Position numbers and translations under genes: made by a program. The notes under the pieces are model-generated. The model did not search any database. It was given only the letters and a program-made list of their open reading frames with translations, and had not been told where the DNA came from. DNA of 64,000 nt from Planctomycetota bacterium (GTDB lineage: Bacteria; Planctomycetota; B15-G4; JADJEK01): contig JBGAIQ010000003.1 of NCBI GenBank assembly GCA_044225365.1, forward strand, positions 96,001 through 160,000, in the 5' to 3' direction. This document shows, piece after piece, positions 1-9,054 of the stretch; positions within the stretch are counted from its first letter, which is position 1; every line of letters begins with the position of its first letter.

Positions 1-230
1 CGAATCGCCGCGTACTCCGTCTTGTCGATCCTGCCGGTCGGATCACCTGACGTCCCCGCCGTGAGGAAGACGACGTGCACCGGATCGCCGAGCGCGACGT
101 GCATCGCGATCGTACCTCCCACGCCGATCGTCTCGTCGTCGGGATGAGGCGCAAGCACGAGGACGCGACCACGCCGCGGCGGTGCGGCGAGTCGGTCGGG
201 CGCGGCGGGCGGTTCGAGGTACGAGACCAT
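1..230 (-). CDS. PIG-L/LmbE family deacetylase (5' part; runs off window start)
   Basis: Manual translation from ATG at 230: MVSYLEPP...[38 protein letters not shown]; HPDDE motif of the PIG-L family. Not in the ORF track. Confidence 0.85.
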   Translation of the reverse strand, partial: MVSYLEPPAAPDRLAAPPRRGRVLVLAPHPDDETIGVGGTIAMHVALGDPVHVVFLTAGTSGDPTGRIDKTEYAAI

Positions 231-479
231 GCGGGCAATGTAGTTGGGTACGGGAACCGGCGTAGCATCAATCCCCCATGGCATCTCTCGGACGGCGAGG
301 GGGATCGAGGAAAATTAGGGAAAAATGACGGAGTGGGTGAACCGCCCCACGATTCGGCCGTTCGAGGGCGCCCAATCCACCTCGTCCGATCCCGCATGGG
401 CCGATCGTCGGCACGCGGCGGCGCGCGGCCTCACCGGGAACGCGGTCTCGTTCCCCATCCAGAGAAGGAAGTACTGATC

Positions 480-1265
480 GTGAATCCAACCAGTCTGCGC
501 CGCATTCGCGGCCTCACGTTGATCGAACTCATCGTCACGATGGCGATCCTGGTCATCCTCGCGGGCCTCGTCCTCCCCAAACTCGACGTCTTCAAGCTGA
601 AGGCCAACAAGGCGCAAGCGGCGTCCGTGATGTTCGACGTGAACTCGTACGTCTCGGCCTTCCGCGCGCAGCACGACGTGTTCCCGGACAACTGGGACTC
701 GTTGCTCGCGAACAGCGGCGGCCCGGGCACGACGTTCTACGGCAAGCTGCATCCCGAACTGACCGGCGCGGCACCGAACAACATCCAGAAGATGACCACG
801 ACGACGCTCACGGCGGACGAAGTCACCTCGCTCGCGCGCGTCGGAATCACCAAGGTCGTCGATCATGACCCCGCTGCGGAGATCCCGAACGACTCCGACG
901 ACTTCGGGACCCTGCGTACGCTCACCGCGGGCGACACCGTCGTGACGCTCAACCTCGCCACGGCGAACCCAGGTGACCTCGAGGAAGCCCAAGCGATCGC
1001 GGCTGACTTCTATCCCGAACTCGGCGGAGCCATTCCGCCGGGGAAGAAGATCGTGGCGTTCGGCCTCGGTCGCTTCTCGACGATCAAGGGTGACCTCATG
1101 CACACGATCCCGTTCTATGCGAACGCGGATCAGACGACGCAGTACACGCGCTTCCTCGTTCTCTTCGAAGCCGACAGTGGCGGTGGCCGGGCCAAGCTGC
1201 TCGGGACGATCGGCGCCGACGGCGACCGGCTCGAAGGCGAGATCGCCGACTTCTACGAGAAGTAA
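480..1265 (+). CDS. Large type IV pilin-like protein (class III signal peptide), paralogue 1, 261 aa
   Basis: GTG at 480 after AGAGAAGGAA; RRIRG|LTLIELIVTMAILVILAGLVLP N-methylation-type motif with E5. Confidence 0.8.
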   Translation: MNPTSLRRIRGLTLIELIVTMAILVILAGLVLPKLDVFKLKANKAQAASVMFDVNSYVSAFRAQHDVFPDNWDSLLANSGGPGTTFYGKLHPELTGAAPNNIQKMTTTTLTADEVTSLARVGITKVVDHDPAAEIPNDSDDFGTLRTLTAGDTVVTLNLATANPGDLEEAQAIAADFYPELGGAIPPGKKIVAFGLGRFSTIKGDLMHTIPFYANADQTTQYTRFLVLFEADSGGGRAKLLGTIGADGDRLEGEIADFYEK

Positions 1266-1347
1266 GCAGAGCGCACTCGCACCGCTCGCCGGGACGTGAC
1301 TCGATGGATCGAGCGACGTCCCGGCGAGCCTGTTCCATTTCAATCCG

Positions 1348-1375
1348 TTGACTCCGATTCGAGTGGCGCTATGTT
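1348..1375 (+). promoter_or_regulatory. Putative sigma70 promoter TTGACT-16-TATGTT
   Basis: -35 TTGACT at 1348-1353 and -10 TATGTT at 1370-1375, upstream of pilin 2. Confidence 0.55.
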
Positions 1376-1390
1376 GAGAATGATTCTCAA
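1374..1390. promoter_or_regulatory. Fur-box-like perfect palindrome TTGAGAAT-G-ATTCTCAA
   Basis: 8-1-8 perfect inverted repeat, AT-rich in a GC-rich background; matches the 7-1-7 Fur core TGATAAT-n-ATTATCA with one symmetric T>G change; overlaps the -10/start region. Confidence 0.7.
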
Positions 1391-1446
1391 TATCATCGCG
1401 AGTGCAGCGTCTCCGCCGCGCTCGAACCCCGAATCGGAGTCTTCTC

Positions 1447-2244
1447 GTGTCCCCCATCCGCGATTCCCGACGCAGCGTCCACGAACTCGGCCTCACCCTG
1501 ATCGAACTGATCGTCACGATGGCGATCCTCGTCATCCTCGCCGGACTCGTGTTGCCCAAACTCGACGTGTTCAAGACCAAAGCGAACAAGGCGCAGGCCG
1601 CATCGGGCATGTACAGCATCGCAAACTACGTCACCGCCTATCGCGCGCAGCACGATGCCTTCCCCGACATCTGGGACTCCCTGCTCGAGAGCGCGGGCGG
1701 CCCCGGCACCACGCTGTTCTCGAAGCTCGACTCCGAACTGATCGGATCCCCGCCCGGCTCGGGCGGCAAGCTCACGACGCTGAATCTGACCGCGGGCGAA
1801 GCGAAGTCGCTCGCGCGCGTCGGCATCACACGGGTCGTCGACCAATCGGCATCTGCCGAGGTCCCGGCCGACTCGGGCGACTTCGCGACAATGCGCACAC
1901 TCGCCGCGGGAGATGTCGTCGCCACCCTCAACCTCGCCGATTCCGATCCCGAGGTCGTCTCCGAGGTCCAGAAGATCGCCGCCGATTTCTATCCCGAACT
2001 CGGCGGTGCAGTTCCTGCCGGCAAGCGAATCGCGGTCTTCGGACTCGGCCGGTTCAACACGATCAAGGGCGACCTGCTCCACACCATTCCAACGTATTCC
2101 GAAGTGGATCACGTGAACCGTTATGGACGCTTCCTCGTTCTGTTCGAACTCGACGCGGACGGTGGACGGGCGAACCTGCTCGGCTGCCTCGGCGGCGACG
2201 GCGATCGACTCGAAGGAGAGATCGCCGACTACTACGGCCAGTGA
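1447..2244 (+). CDS. Large type IV pilin-like protein, paralogue 2, 265 aa
   Basis: GTG at 1447 after GGAG; ELG|LTLIELIVTMAILVILAGLVLPKLDVFK identical to paralogue 1 over the helix; shared C-terminus DGDRLEGEIAD. Confidence 0.8.
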   Translation: MSPIRDSRRSVHELGLTLIELIVTMAILVILAGLVLPKLDVFKTKANKAQAASGMYSIANYVTAYRAQHDAFPDIWDSLLESAGGPGTTLFSKLDSELIGSPPGSGGKLTTLNLTAGEAKSLARVGITRVVDQSASAEVPADSGDFATMRTLAAGDVVATLNLADSDPEVVSEVQKIAADFYPELGGAVPAGKRIAVFGLGRFNTIKGDLLHTIPTYSEVDHVNRYGRFLVLFELDADGGRANLLGCLGGDGDRLEGEIADYYGQ

Positions 2245-2263
2245 CCTGTCCGTGGGAGTGCTC

Positions 2264-2908
2264 GTGAAATCGCTCAGAGAGAATTCGGTTACGCGGACTC
2301 GAGGAGGCGGTGTTCGACGACCCGCTTCCTCGATCCCCCTCGCTCCCCATTGCAACCTCGCCAGCAAGGTCTTCGAGAGCGGCTTCACGCTCGTCGAACT
2401 CGTCGTCGTTCTCGCCATCCTCGTGATCCTCGCGGGAATGGCACTCCTGCGTTCGGAAGGCGTCGCCGAGACGGCAGAGATTCGCGCCTGCGATTCGACG
2501 ATGCTCACCTTGCGAGATGCGATTCTCGGCGCGGCGGGTGCGCCCGGCTATCGAAGCGACGTGGGCGACCTCCCGGGGTCGCTCGCAGATCTCCTTCGAA
2601 CGCCTCCCGGACTCCCCGTGGAGCTTCAGACCTTCGACCCCGTGAGTGAACGCGGTTGGAATGGCCCGTACCTCGCCCCGGGACTCCACTCTGGCGCGAG
2701 CGATCCGACGGTCCTCGATCCCTGGCTCACGCCGATCGTACTGCAGATCCCCGGCAACGATTCGGCCTATGCGCGACTCGTGAGCGCCGGATCCGATCGC
2801 ATCTTCACGACGAACCCGAATGCGAAGGATGTCGATCCCAGCTCGAAGATCGACGTCGGCGATGACCGCGTGCTCTTCCTGACCCACATCCCGGGAACCT
2901 CGCCATGA
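2264..2908 (+). CDS. GspG-like pseudopilin
   Basis: SG|FTLVELVVVLAILVILAGMAL, GWNGPYL and LDPW motifs typical of GspG; start chosen by GGGAG RBS. Confidence 0.75.
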   Translation: MKSLRENSVTRTRGGGVRRPASSIPLAPHCNLASKVFESGFTLVELVVVLAILVILAGMALLRSEGVAETAEIRACDSTMLTLRDAILGAAGAPGYRSDVGDLPGSLADLLRTPPGLPVELQTFDPVSERGWNGPYLAPGLHSGASDPTVLDPWLTPIVLQIPGNDSAYARLVSAGSDRIFTTNPNAKDVDPSSKIDVGDDRVLFLTHIPGTSP

Positions 2909-3843
2909 CGACGAAACGCGGAACTCGATCCTGCCCATGCCGGAGCGTGCGCGGCGCGGCCTTCACGCTCATCGAACTCCTCGTCGTGCTGCTCATCCTC
3001 GCGGCCGTGACGACGATCGCGATCCGATCGACGGCCAAGCTCCAGGATCGTTCGCGGTTCGAGCGAACCGAGCGCATCCTCATCGATCTCGAGAGCGCGA
3101 TCTGCGGAACCGTCAACGAGCAGTTCCGCGACGACGTCGTCGCCTCCTACCTCGCCGACACCGGCGAACTCCCGAAGCAACTGCACGATCTCTGGGTGCG
3201 CCCCGCGAACATCCTGAAGTCGCACGTCGCGACCTTCGACGAAGACGAAGGCGTCGTCGCGCTCGGATGGAACGGTCCCTACCTCGATCGACCGGTCGCA
3301 CTCGCGGATCCCGGCTCTTCGGAAGTGTTGGATGGCTACGGCGCGGCGATCTCGATCACCGTCGAGCCACCCGACGCCGTCGACCTGCCGTCGTTCACCC
3401 ACTGGTCGTTCGAGGCGACGACGCCGGAAGGCACGACGTTGAAACGCGTGCTCGTCGACGAGCCGTCGATCCACCGCACGATCGCGATCCTGCCCGTGCA
3501 GATCGTGATCGAGAATCTCGCGGCCGGCCAGAGCGTCGAATCGATCGCGGTTCGCGCCTACGCGCCCAAGAAGGGCGACGTGAAGGTGATCGGAGCAACG
3601 CCTCAGGGAACGACCAGCGGCCAGGGAACGAGCTACGCGTTCGTCTTCGGCAAAGGCCTCGGGCTGCCGCCGGGCAAGCGCGCCATTCGAGCGTATGCAC
3701 AGATCGGCACGAACGAGTATCGGAGCGCGGTCGCGCAGGTTCGACTCGTGCCGGGAAGCAACGCCGTCCTCGCGCTCACGATCGATCTCGCGAAGCCGCC
3801 CGCGCCGAAGCCGCCACCCGGCGGCGTACCGAAGAACCCGTGA
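2905..3843 (+). CDS. Second GspG-like pseudopilin with extra C-terminal beta domain
   Basis: AA|FTLIELLVVLLILAAV, GWNGPYL motif; ATGA overlap with previous gene. Confidence 0.7.
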   Translation: MTTKRGTRSCPCRSVRGAAFTLIELLVVLLILAAVTTIAIRSTAKLQDRSRFERTERILIDLESAICGTVNEQFRDDVVASYLADTGELPKQLHDLWVRPANILKSHVATFDEDEGVVALGWNGPYLDRPVALADPGSSEVLDGYGAAISITVEPPDAVDLPSFTHWSFEATTPEGTTLKRVLVDEPSIHRTIAILPVQIVIENLAAGQSVESIAVRAYAPKKGDVKVIGATPQGTTSGQGTSYAFVFGKGLGLPPGKRAIRAYAQIGTNEYRSAVAQVRLVPGSNAVLALTIDLAKPPAPKPPPGGVPKNP

Positions 3844-3880
3844 GCGAGTCGAACAGCCTGGACCTTATTGATCTCGTCCG

Positions 3881-5257
3881 ATGAAGAAACCCGCTCTCAC
3901 GATCCTCGTCCTCCTCGCGGAACGCCTCGCACGTGTCGACCTCGACGCGCGAGGGAAGGTCGTCGAGAGTTTCGTTCGTCGACGCGCGGCCCACGCCGAC
4001 GGCTCCGCGGCCGTTTTGCACCTCCTCACGCGCACCCCGGCTCGAAGAACGATCGTCGTCGACGAAAGCCTTTGGTCGCAGACGCTGGATCTGCCGCGGG
4101 CCCAGATCGAGGGCCTCGACGACGCGGCGATCTCCACGGCGCTCGCCTTCGAACTCGAACCCATGTGCGGCATCCCTGCGACCGAGGCCGATGTCGCCTG
4201 GATCCGGGACGAGTCGCGCGATCGCGATACGACGACGTTCTGGATCACGACGTCGAAACGGGCGGATCGCGAACGCATCGCCGCCGTGCTCGCGGAGCGC
4301 GGCTCGAGGCTCGCAACGTACCTGCATCCCGCGGGCGTCGTGAACGACGGGCCCGCGATCGAGGTCTTCACGCTCACCACGCTCCTCGCGAACGGCAGCG
4401 ACTTCCCGCGAGTGCTCGCCGCGAGTTCGGGACAACGCTCATGGCGGACGGCCGTCGACGCGTTCCTGGCAACGCCCGGCGTGGGCCCGACGGGAACGGT
4501 GCTCGCGCTCCGCGGAGCGACGAACGTCGTCCTGCCGTTGCTGGCGGCGACGAGCGGCTGTCGAGTCCGCGATTCCATCTCGCTCGCGAAGGACGACGTC
4601 GCGGATTTCGCCGCCTACGCGACGTGCGTCGTCGCAGCGCTCGCGACGCGGCACGTCCCGGCCCTGTCGCCGGTCGCCAAGCGCCGGCCCGTCCTCGGCC
4701 CGCTCCGCGTTGGAGTGTTCCTCACCGCGCTCGTGGCGCTGCTGATCGCGCGCGACGCATCGACCCTCGCGACGCGCGCCGCATCGGCCGAACGCGAGGC
4801 CACGGAGAAGGAGCGCGCCAAGGGCATCGACGATCGGGCGCGCAGCGAACGCGACCGCCGGACCGCTCTCCTCTCCGAGTTAAGAACGAGCGTCGCCGCG
4901 GAGCGCGCGCGGCTCACGGCGACGGACACGGCGCTCACCCCGCAACGCCGCCGGATCGACGACTTGCTCGCGGCGGCCGCGGAGTGCTGTCCGGAGGGCG
5001 CGATGCTGAGCGGAATCGAGATGGACTCGAACGGCGGCTTCGTCCTGCGGGGGCTCGCGACGTCGCAGCCGCTCGTGAGCGAATACGCGAAGAATCTCAT
5101 CGATCGATTTCGACGCGACGCGGATCTCTCGCTCGTCGTGCATCCTCCGGAAACCCATTCGTCGACGATCGAGGGAAACACGACGCTCACCGAGTTCTCT
5201 CTCCGGATCGATCTCGGAATCGATGCCACCGACACGAACACGGGGGGCAAGGGATGA
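3881..5257 (+). CDS. PilM/PilN (GspL)-like assembly platform protein
   Basis: Cytoplasmic N-domain, single TM (VGVFLTALVALLIA), coiled coil, C-terminal PilN-like fold (PEGAMLSGIEM...FVLRGLATSQPLVSEYAKNL); operon position. Confidence 0.6.
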   Translation: MKKPALTILVLLAERLARVDLDARGKVVESFVRRRAAHADGSAAVLHLLTRTPARRTIVVDESLWSQTLDLPRAQIEGLDDAAISTALAFELEPMCGIPATEADVAWIRDESRDRDTTTFWITTSKRADRERIAAVLAERGSRLATYLHPAGVVNDGPAIEVFTLTTLLANGSDFPRVLAASSGQRSWRTAVDAFLATPGVGPTGTVLALRGATNVVLPLLAATSGCRVRDSISLAKDDVADFAAYATCVVAALATRHVPALSPVAKRRPVLGPLRVGVFLTALVALLIARDASTLATRAASAEREATEKERAKGIDDRARSERDRRTALLSELRTSVAAERARLTATDTALTPQRRRIDDLLAAAAECCPEGAMLSGIEMDSNGGFVLRGLATSQPLVSEYAKNLIDRFRRDADLSLVVHPPETHSSTIEGNTTLTEFSLRIDLGIDATDTNTGGKG

Positions 5258-5838
5258 GGCCTCTCACTTCCCGCGAGCGCTGGCTGATCGCGATCGCCAT
5301 CCCGGCGACGATCGGGTGCGTATATTTCGGCGGTTTGCGACAGGACGCAGTCGATCGCATCGCGAACGCGAGCGGTCGGATCGCTTCACTCGCATCGGGT
5401 GCCACGGAGTCCAAGCCCGACTCGGCAGGAAGCGATGGTGCGTCGCTCGAGACCGAACGCTCGAGCATCGCACAGGCGATGGCCGGACTTCGCGCCCAGC
5501 TTGCGAACTCGAAGTCACGCACCGAACTCCTGCGAACGATCGCGGATGCCTTGCAATCCGGCGGCGGCGTCCGACTCCATAGGTCTTCGGAGGTGGTCGC
5601 AGGCGAGACGTCGCCCGCAATCGGCGGCGGTCTGCGCGCCGCACGCACGACGCTCGTCCATGGCGGTGCGGAGTCGCCGATCCTCTGGCGAATCGACCTG
5701 CGGGGGCCGTACTCCGAACTTCGTTCCGCGGTCGCTCGAGGTCTTGCCGTGGTCGGTGCATACACGCCGGTCGGGCTCGAGCTGAAGAAAGCCGACGGCG
5801 GACCCGATCTCGACCTCGTGCTCTGGATGTGGCTGTGA
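5254..5838 (+). CDS. GspM/PilO-like inner membrane protein
   Basis: MRPLTSRERWLIAIAI start (the xRER+TM motif of GspM), LRGPYSEL; ATGA overlap. Confidence 0.6.
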   Translation: MRPLTSRERWLIAIAIPATIGCVYFGGLRQDAVDRIANASGRIASLASGATESKPDSAGSDGASLETERSSIAQAMAGLRAQLANSKSRTELLRTIADALQSGGGVRLHRSSEVVAGETSPAIGGGLRAARTTLVHGGAESPILWRIDLRGPYSELRSAVARGLAVVGAYTPVGLELKKADGGPDLDLVLWMWL

Positions 5839-7334
5839 ACGAACACAGTGCACCACCCTCCCTGCTCGACCTCGACTTCGTGCGAATCGATCCTTCGCTC
5901 GCGCGACGCGTCCCCGCGACGCTCGCGTTGCGGCGTGGGCTCGTGCTCTTCGGAGAGCGCGACGGGAACCTGCTCCTCGCCTGCAGGGATGCGGAGGATC
6001 AAAGCGCGATCGAGGTCGTCGAGCGAATCGCGTCCACGCTCGGCCGTGGGCTCATGACGCTCGTCGCCGAACCGTCGTCGATCGATCGCGCGCTCCACCG
6101 CGTGCATCCCGGTCTCTCGTCCGCCGCCGACTCGCTCGCTCGCGCGCGCGACGGCGCCACGCAGGACCCGACCAACCCGGTCCATCTCGTCGAGCGGCTG
6201 CTCGCCGACGCGATCTCCGAACAGGCGAGCGACATCCATCTCGAACCTGCTTCGGATGCGTGCAGTGTGCGCTTTCGCGTCGACGGCGTACTCGAGGAGC
6301 GCGCGCCGATCGCGAACGATCTCGCGGCGGGCATCCTCAATCGATTGAAAGTGCTCGGCGGACTCGACATCGCGGAACGCCGACTCCCCCAGGACGGCCG
6401 CTTCAGCTGGAGCTTCGGCGGAGGAGCGTCCACGTCGGTCGACGTGCGCCTCGCGATCCTCCCGGTGCGCCATGGCGAGCGTGTGACATTGCGCATCCTC
6501 GCCCAGAACGCGGCCGCCCTCACTTTGAAGCGCGTGGGGATGAGCGACTCGGACTTTGAGCTGTTCCGCGCCGAGATCGAACGACCGCACGGCATGCTCC
6601 TGCTCACCGGACCGACTGGTAGCGGAAAGACCACCACGCTGTATGCCGCCCTGCGCGGAATCGAGACGCGGAAGCGCAACGTCCTCACGATCGAGGATCC
6701 CGTCGAGTACGGCATTCCCGGCGTCTCGCAAGCCGAGGTCGACTCGGATCACGGGGTCAGCTTCGCCTCCGCATTGCGTTCGGTGCTTCGACACGATCCC
6801 GACGTGATTCTCGTCGGAGAGATCCGCGATCTCGAAACGGCGGACACCGCCATCAAGGCGTCGTTGACGGGACACCTGCTTCTCTCGACGCTCCACACGA
6901 ACTCGGCCGTCTCCGCGGTGACGCGATTGCACGACATGGGGATCCCGCGGTTCCTGATCGCGGCGACCGCTCGGCTCTACGTCGCGCAGCGACTCGTCCG
7001 AAGATTGTGCGCGTACTGTCGGCGTGCGGAGACGATCTCCGCCGCGCAAGCGAAGTGCTTCGGCGAACCCGAACTCGAAGGACGCATGGTCGCGTCTCCG
7101 CAAGGTTGCGGATTCTGTCGTGGGACGGGCTATGCGGGCCGGATCGGCCTTTTCGAGTTGTTCCGGCCGGACGCCGAGATCACCTCGCGCATCGCGGCGG
7201 GCGCCTCGGAGGACGAACTGCGCCACATGGCCAGCGAACGCGGCCAGCGCACCTTGCGCGACGACGCACTCGACAAAGTGCTCGCCAGCGTTACGTCGAT
7301 CTCCGAGGCGCTGCGCGCCGTCGAGATGAGCTGA
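5835..7334 (+). CDS. gspE: GspE/PilB assembly ATPase
   Basis: ASDIHLEP, RRLPQDGR, Walker A GPTGSGKT, TIEDPVE, LRHDPDVILVGEIRD, TGHLLLSTLHTN, two CxxC zinc motifs. Confidence 0.92.
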   Translation: MNEHSAPPSLLDLDFVRIDPSLARRVPATLALRRGLVLFGERDGNLLLACRDAEDQSAIEVVERIASTLGRGLMTLVAEPSSIDRALHRVHPGLSSAADSLARARDGATQDPTNPVHLVERLLADAISEQASDIHLEPASDACSVRFRVDGVLEERAPIANDLAAGILNRLKVLGGLDIAERRLPQDGRFSWSFGGGASTSVDVRLAILPVRHGERVTLRILAQNAAALTLKRVGMSDSDFELFRAEIERPHGMLLLTGPTGSGKTTTLYAALRGIETRKRNVLTIEDPVEYGIPGVSQAEVDSDHGVSFASALRSVLRHDPDVILVGEIRDLETADTAIKASLTGHLLLSTLHTNSAVSAVTRLHDMGIPRFLIAATARLYVAQRLVRRLCAYCRRAETISAAQAKCFGEPELEGRMVASPQGCGFCRGTGYAGRIGLFELFRPDAEITSRIAAGASEDELRHMASERGQRTLRDDALDKVLASVTSISEALRAVEMS

Positions 7335-7345
7335 GGGCGGCGACG

Positions 7346-8563
7346 ATGGCGACCTTCACGTTCAAAGCAAGACAGCGCGACGGTGGCGAGGAGCGCGGCG
7401 TCATGGAAGCCGCCGATCCCGGCGCGCTCGCCGCGCGCCTGCGGGATCGCGGCCTCCTCGTGCTCGAAGTCACGCCATCGAACGAACGGCGACGCGTCCA
7501 TCGTCACGAACCCGCCCCGCCATTCGCACGGAAACCCGCGTTGCAGGACGTCGAGAACGCGTTGCGCCAGCTCGCGCTGCTCCTGTCGTCCGGCGTCTCG
7601 CTGGTCGAATCGCTCGAGACGATCGCGGAGAATTCGCGCAGTCGACGCTTCGCCTTCGTCGCGCGGCGAATTCGCGTGCGCGTCGAGAGCGGCGACACGC
7701 TCCATGAGTCCTTCGCGCGCCATCCGGAGATCTTCTCGCCGCTCGTCGTCGAACTCGTTCGCGCGGGCGAGCAGTCCGGCACGCTCGAACTCGCGCTCGA
7801 GCGTTCTGCGGTGCATCTCGAGCAGCGCCGCAACATCCGTTCGGCCGTCCTCTCCGCGATGATGTACCCGCTGCTCGTCGTCGTGATGACGTCGATCGTC
7901 GCGGGCATCATGGTCGTGAAGGTGATTCCGGAGCTCGAGAAGTTCCTGCTCTCCTCGCACCAACGCCTCCCCGCGATCACACGCGCGCTCCTGTCGTTCA
8001 CTCACGTCGTCGACGCGTACGGCGCCTACGCCGTGACAATGTTCCTCGCGAGCGTCGTCGCGATCATCGCCTTCGAACGCTACGAACCGACCCGCGCGGT
8101 GCTCGACCGCATCACGTTCTCGATCCCGTTCCTGAGGAGAGTGCGCATCCTCGGTTCGACGGCGTTGTTCGCGCGCACCCTCGGCACCCTGGTCGAGAGC
8201 GGCATTCCCCTCACGATCGCATTGGAGACGAGTGAACGGATCCTCGCGCGGCCCACTCCGAGGCGTGCGATCGCGCGTGCGCGCGAAGGCGTGCTGCGCG
8301 GCGATCCCCTCTTCAAGAATCTCCTCGGGACGATCGCGTTCGCTCCGATGTTGCCGCGTCTCATTCGCGTCGGCGAGGCCAGCGGTTCGCTCGATCGCGT
8401 GCTCCTCGAATCGGCGCGCTTCCACGAGCTCGAGCTCGCAGCGTGGATCAAGCGCGCATCCCTCATCATCGAGCCGCTCATCACGATCCTCGTCGGGTCG
8501 ATCGTCGGCTTCGTCTACACGGCGTTCTTCGCCGCGCTGTTCTCGCTCGCCGGAGGTGGCTGA
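7346..8563 (+). CDS. gspF: GspF/PilC inner membrane platform protein
   Basis: RQLALLLSSGVSL, GEQSGTL, AMMYP, GEASGSL, IIEP; two T2SSF repeats. Confidence 0.9.
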   Translation: MATFTFKARQRDGGEERGVMEAADPGALAARLRDRGLLVLEVTPSNERRRVHRHEPAPPFARKPALQDVENALRQLALLLSSGVSLVESLETIAENSRSRRFAFVARRIRVRVESGDTLHESFARHPEIFSPLVVELVRAGEQSGTLELALERSAVHLEQRRNIRSAVLSAMMYPLLVVVMTSIVAGIMVVKVIPELEKFLLSSHQRLPAITRALLSFTHVVDAYGAYAVTMFLASVVAIIAFERYEPTRAVLDRITFSIPFLRRVRILGSTALFARTLGTLVESGIPLTIALETSERILARPTPRRAIARAREGVLRGDPLFKNLLGTIAFAPMLPRLIRVGEASGSLDRVLLESARFHELELAAWIKRASLIIEPLITILVGSIVGFVYTAFFAALFSLAGGG

Positions 8564-9054
8564 TGTCGTTCCTGCCCTCGTTGCTGTTCGCGCTCCTCGT
8601 GGGCCCGATGCCGGACCCGCAGAACGGGCCGCCTCCGACGTCTCCGGCGAAACCCGATCCGTTCGCGGTCGACGACACGCTCCGCAAGGCGCTCGGCGCG
8701 AATTCCCAGGACGGCTTCGAGAAACTCGAATCGAAGCCCACATTGCCGAAGATGAAGCTGAAGGGGTACCTGGCGATGGCAGGCAAGCCCTCTCCCGCAG
8801 TGGCGATCGAGATCGACGGCGTCGGCACCTACGTGGCGCGCAAGGACAGCAAGATCGCCTTCTCGCTCTCCGGCCGATTCGCGACGGCAGCGCCAAAGAC
8901 CCCGGCAGCGGAGAGCGGGCCTTCCAAGACGCCCGAAGCGTCGCGCGTGGTCGTTCGTGAGCAAATGCCGATCGTGCTCCTCGTCAAGGACATCTCACCC
9001 GAAGGTGTCGTCGTCGAAGTCGGAACGCTCGGCGAGACCCTGGTGATCCGATGA
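8563..9054 (+). CDS. Exported PilP/GspC-like beta-domain protein
   Basis: Signal-like N-terminus, DPF motif, LKGYL..AVAIEIDG; directly upstream of the secretin. Confidence 0.45.
   Translation: MSFLPSLLFALLVGPMPDPQNGPPPTSPAKPDPFAVDDTLRKALGANSQDGFEKLESKPTLPKMKLKGYLAMAGKPSPAVAIEIDGVGTYVARKDSKIAFSLSGRFATAAPKTPAAESGPSKTPEASRVVVREQMPIVLLVKDISPEGVVVEVGTLGETLVIR

Noticed and set aside
75-479. N-terminal 135 codons of ORF 75..1265
   Set aside because: Overlaps the minus-strand PIG-L gene; the pilin motif and RBS point to a start at 480.
3868-5253. Upstream part of the 656-aa ORF 3868..5838, and similar extensions of 7007, 9302, 60370 and 52360
   Set aside because: Arg/Pro-rich off-frame read-through typical of high-GC DNA; true starts lie at the coupled ATGs.
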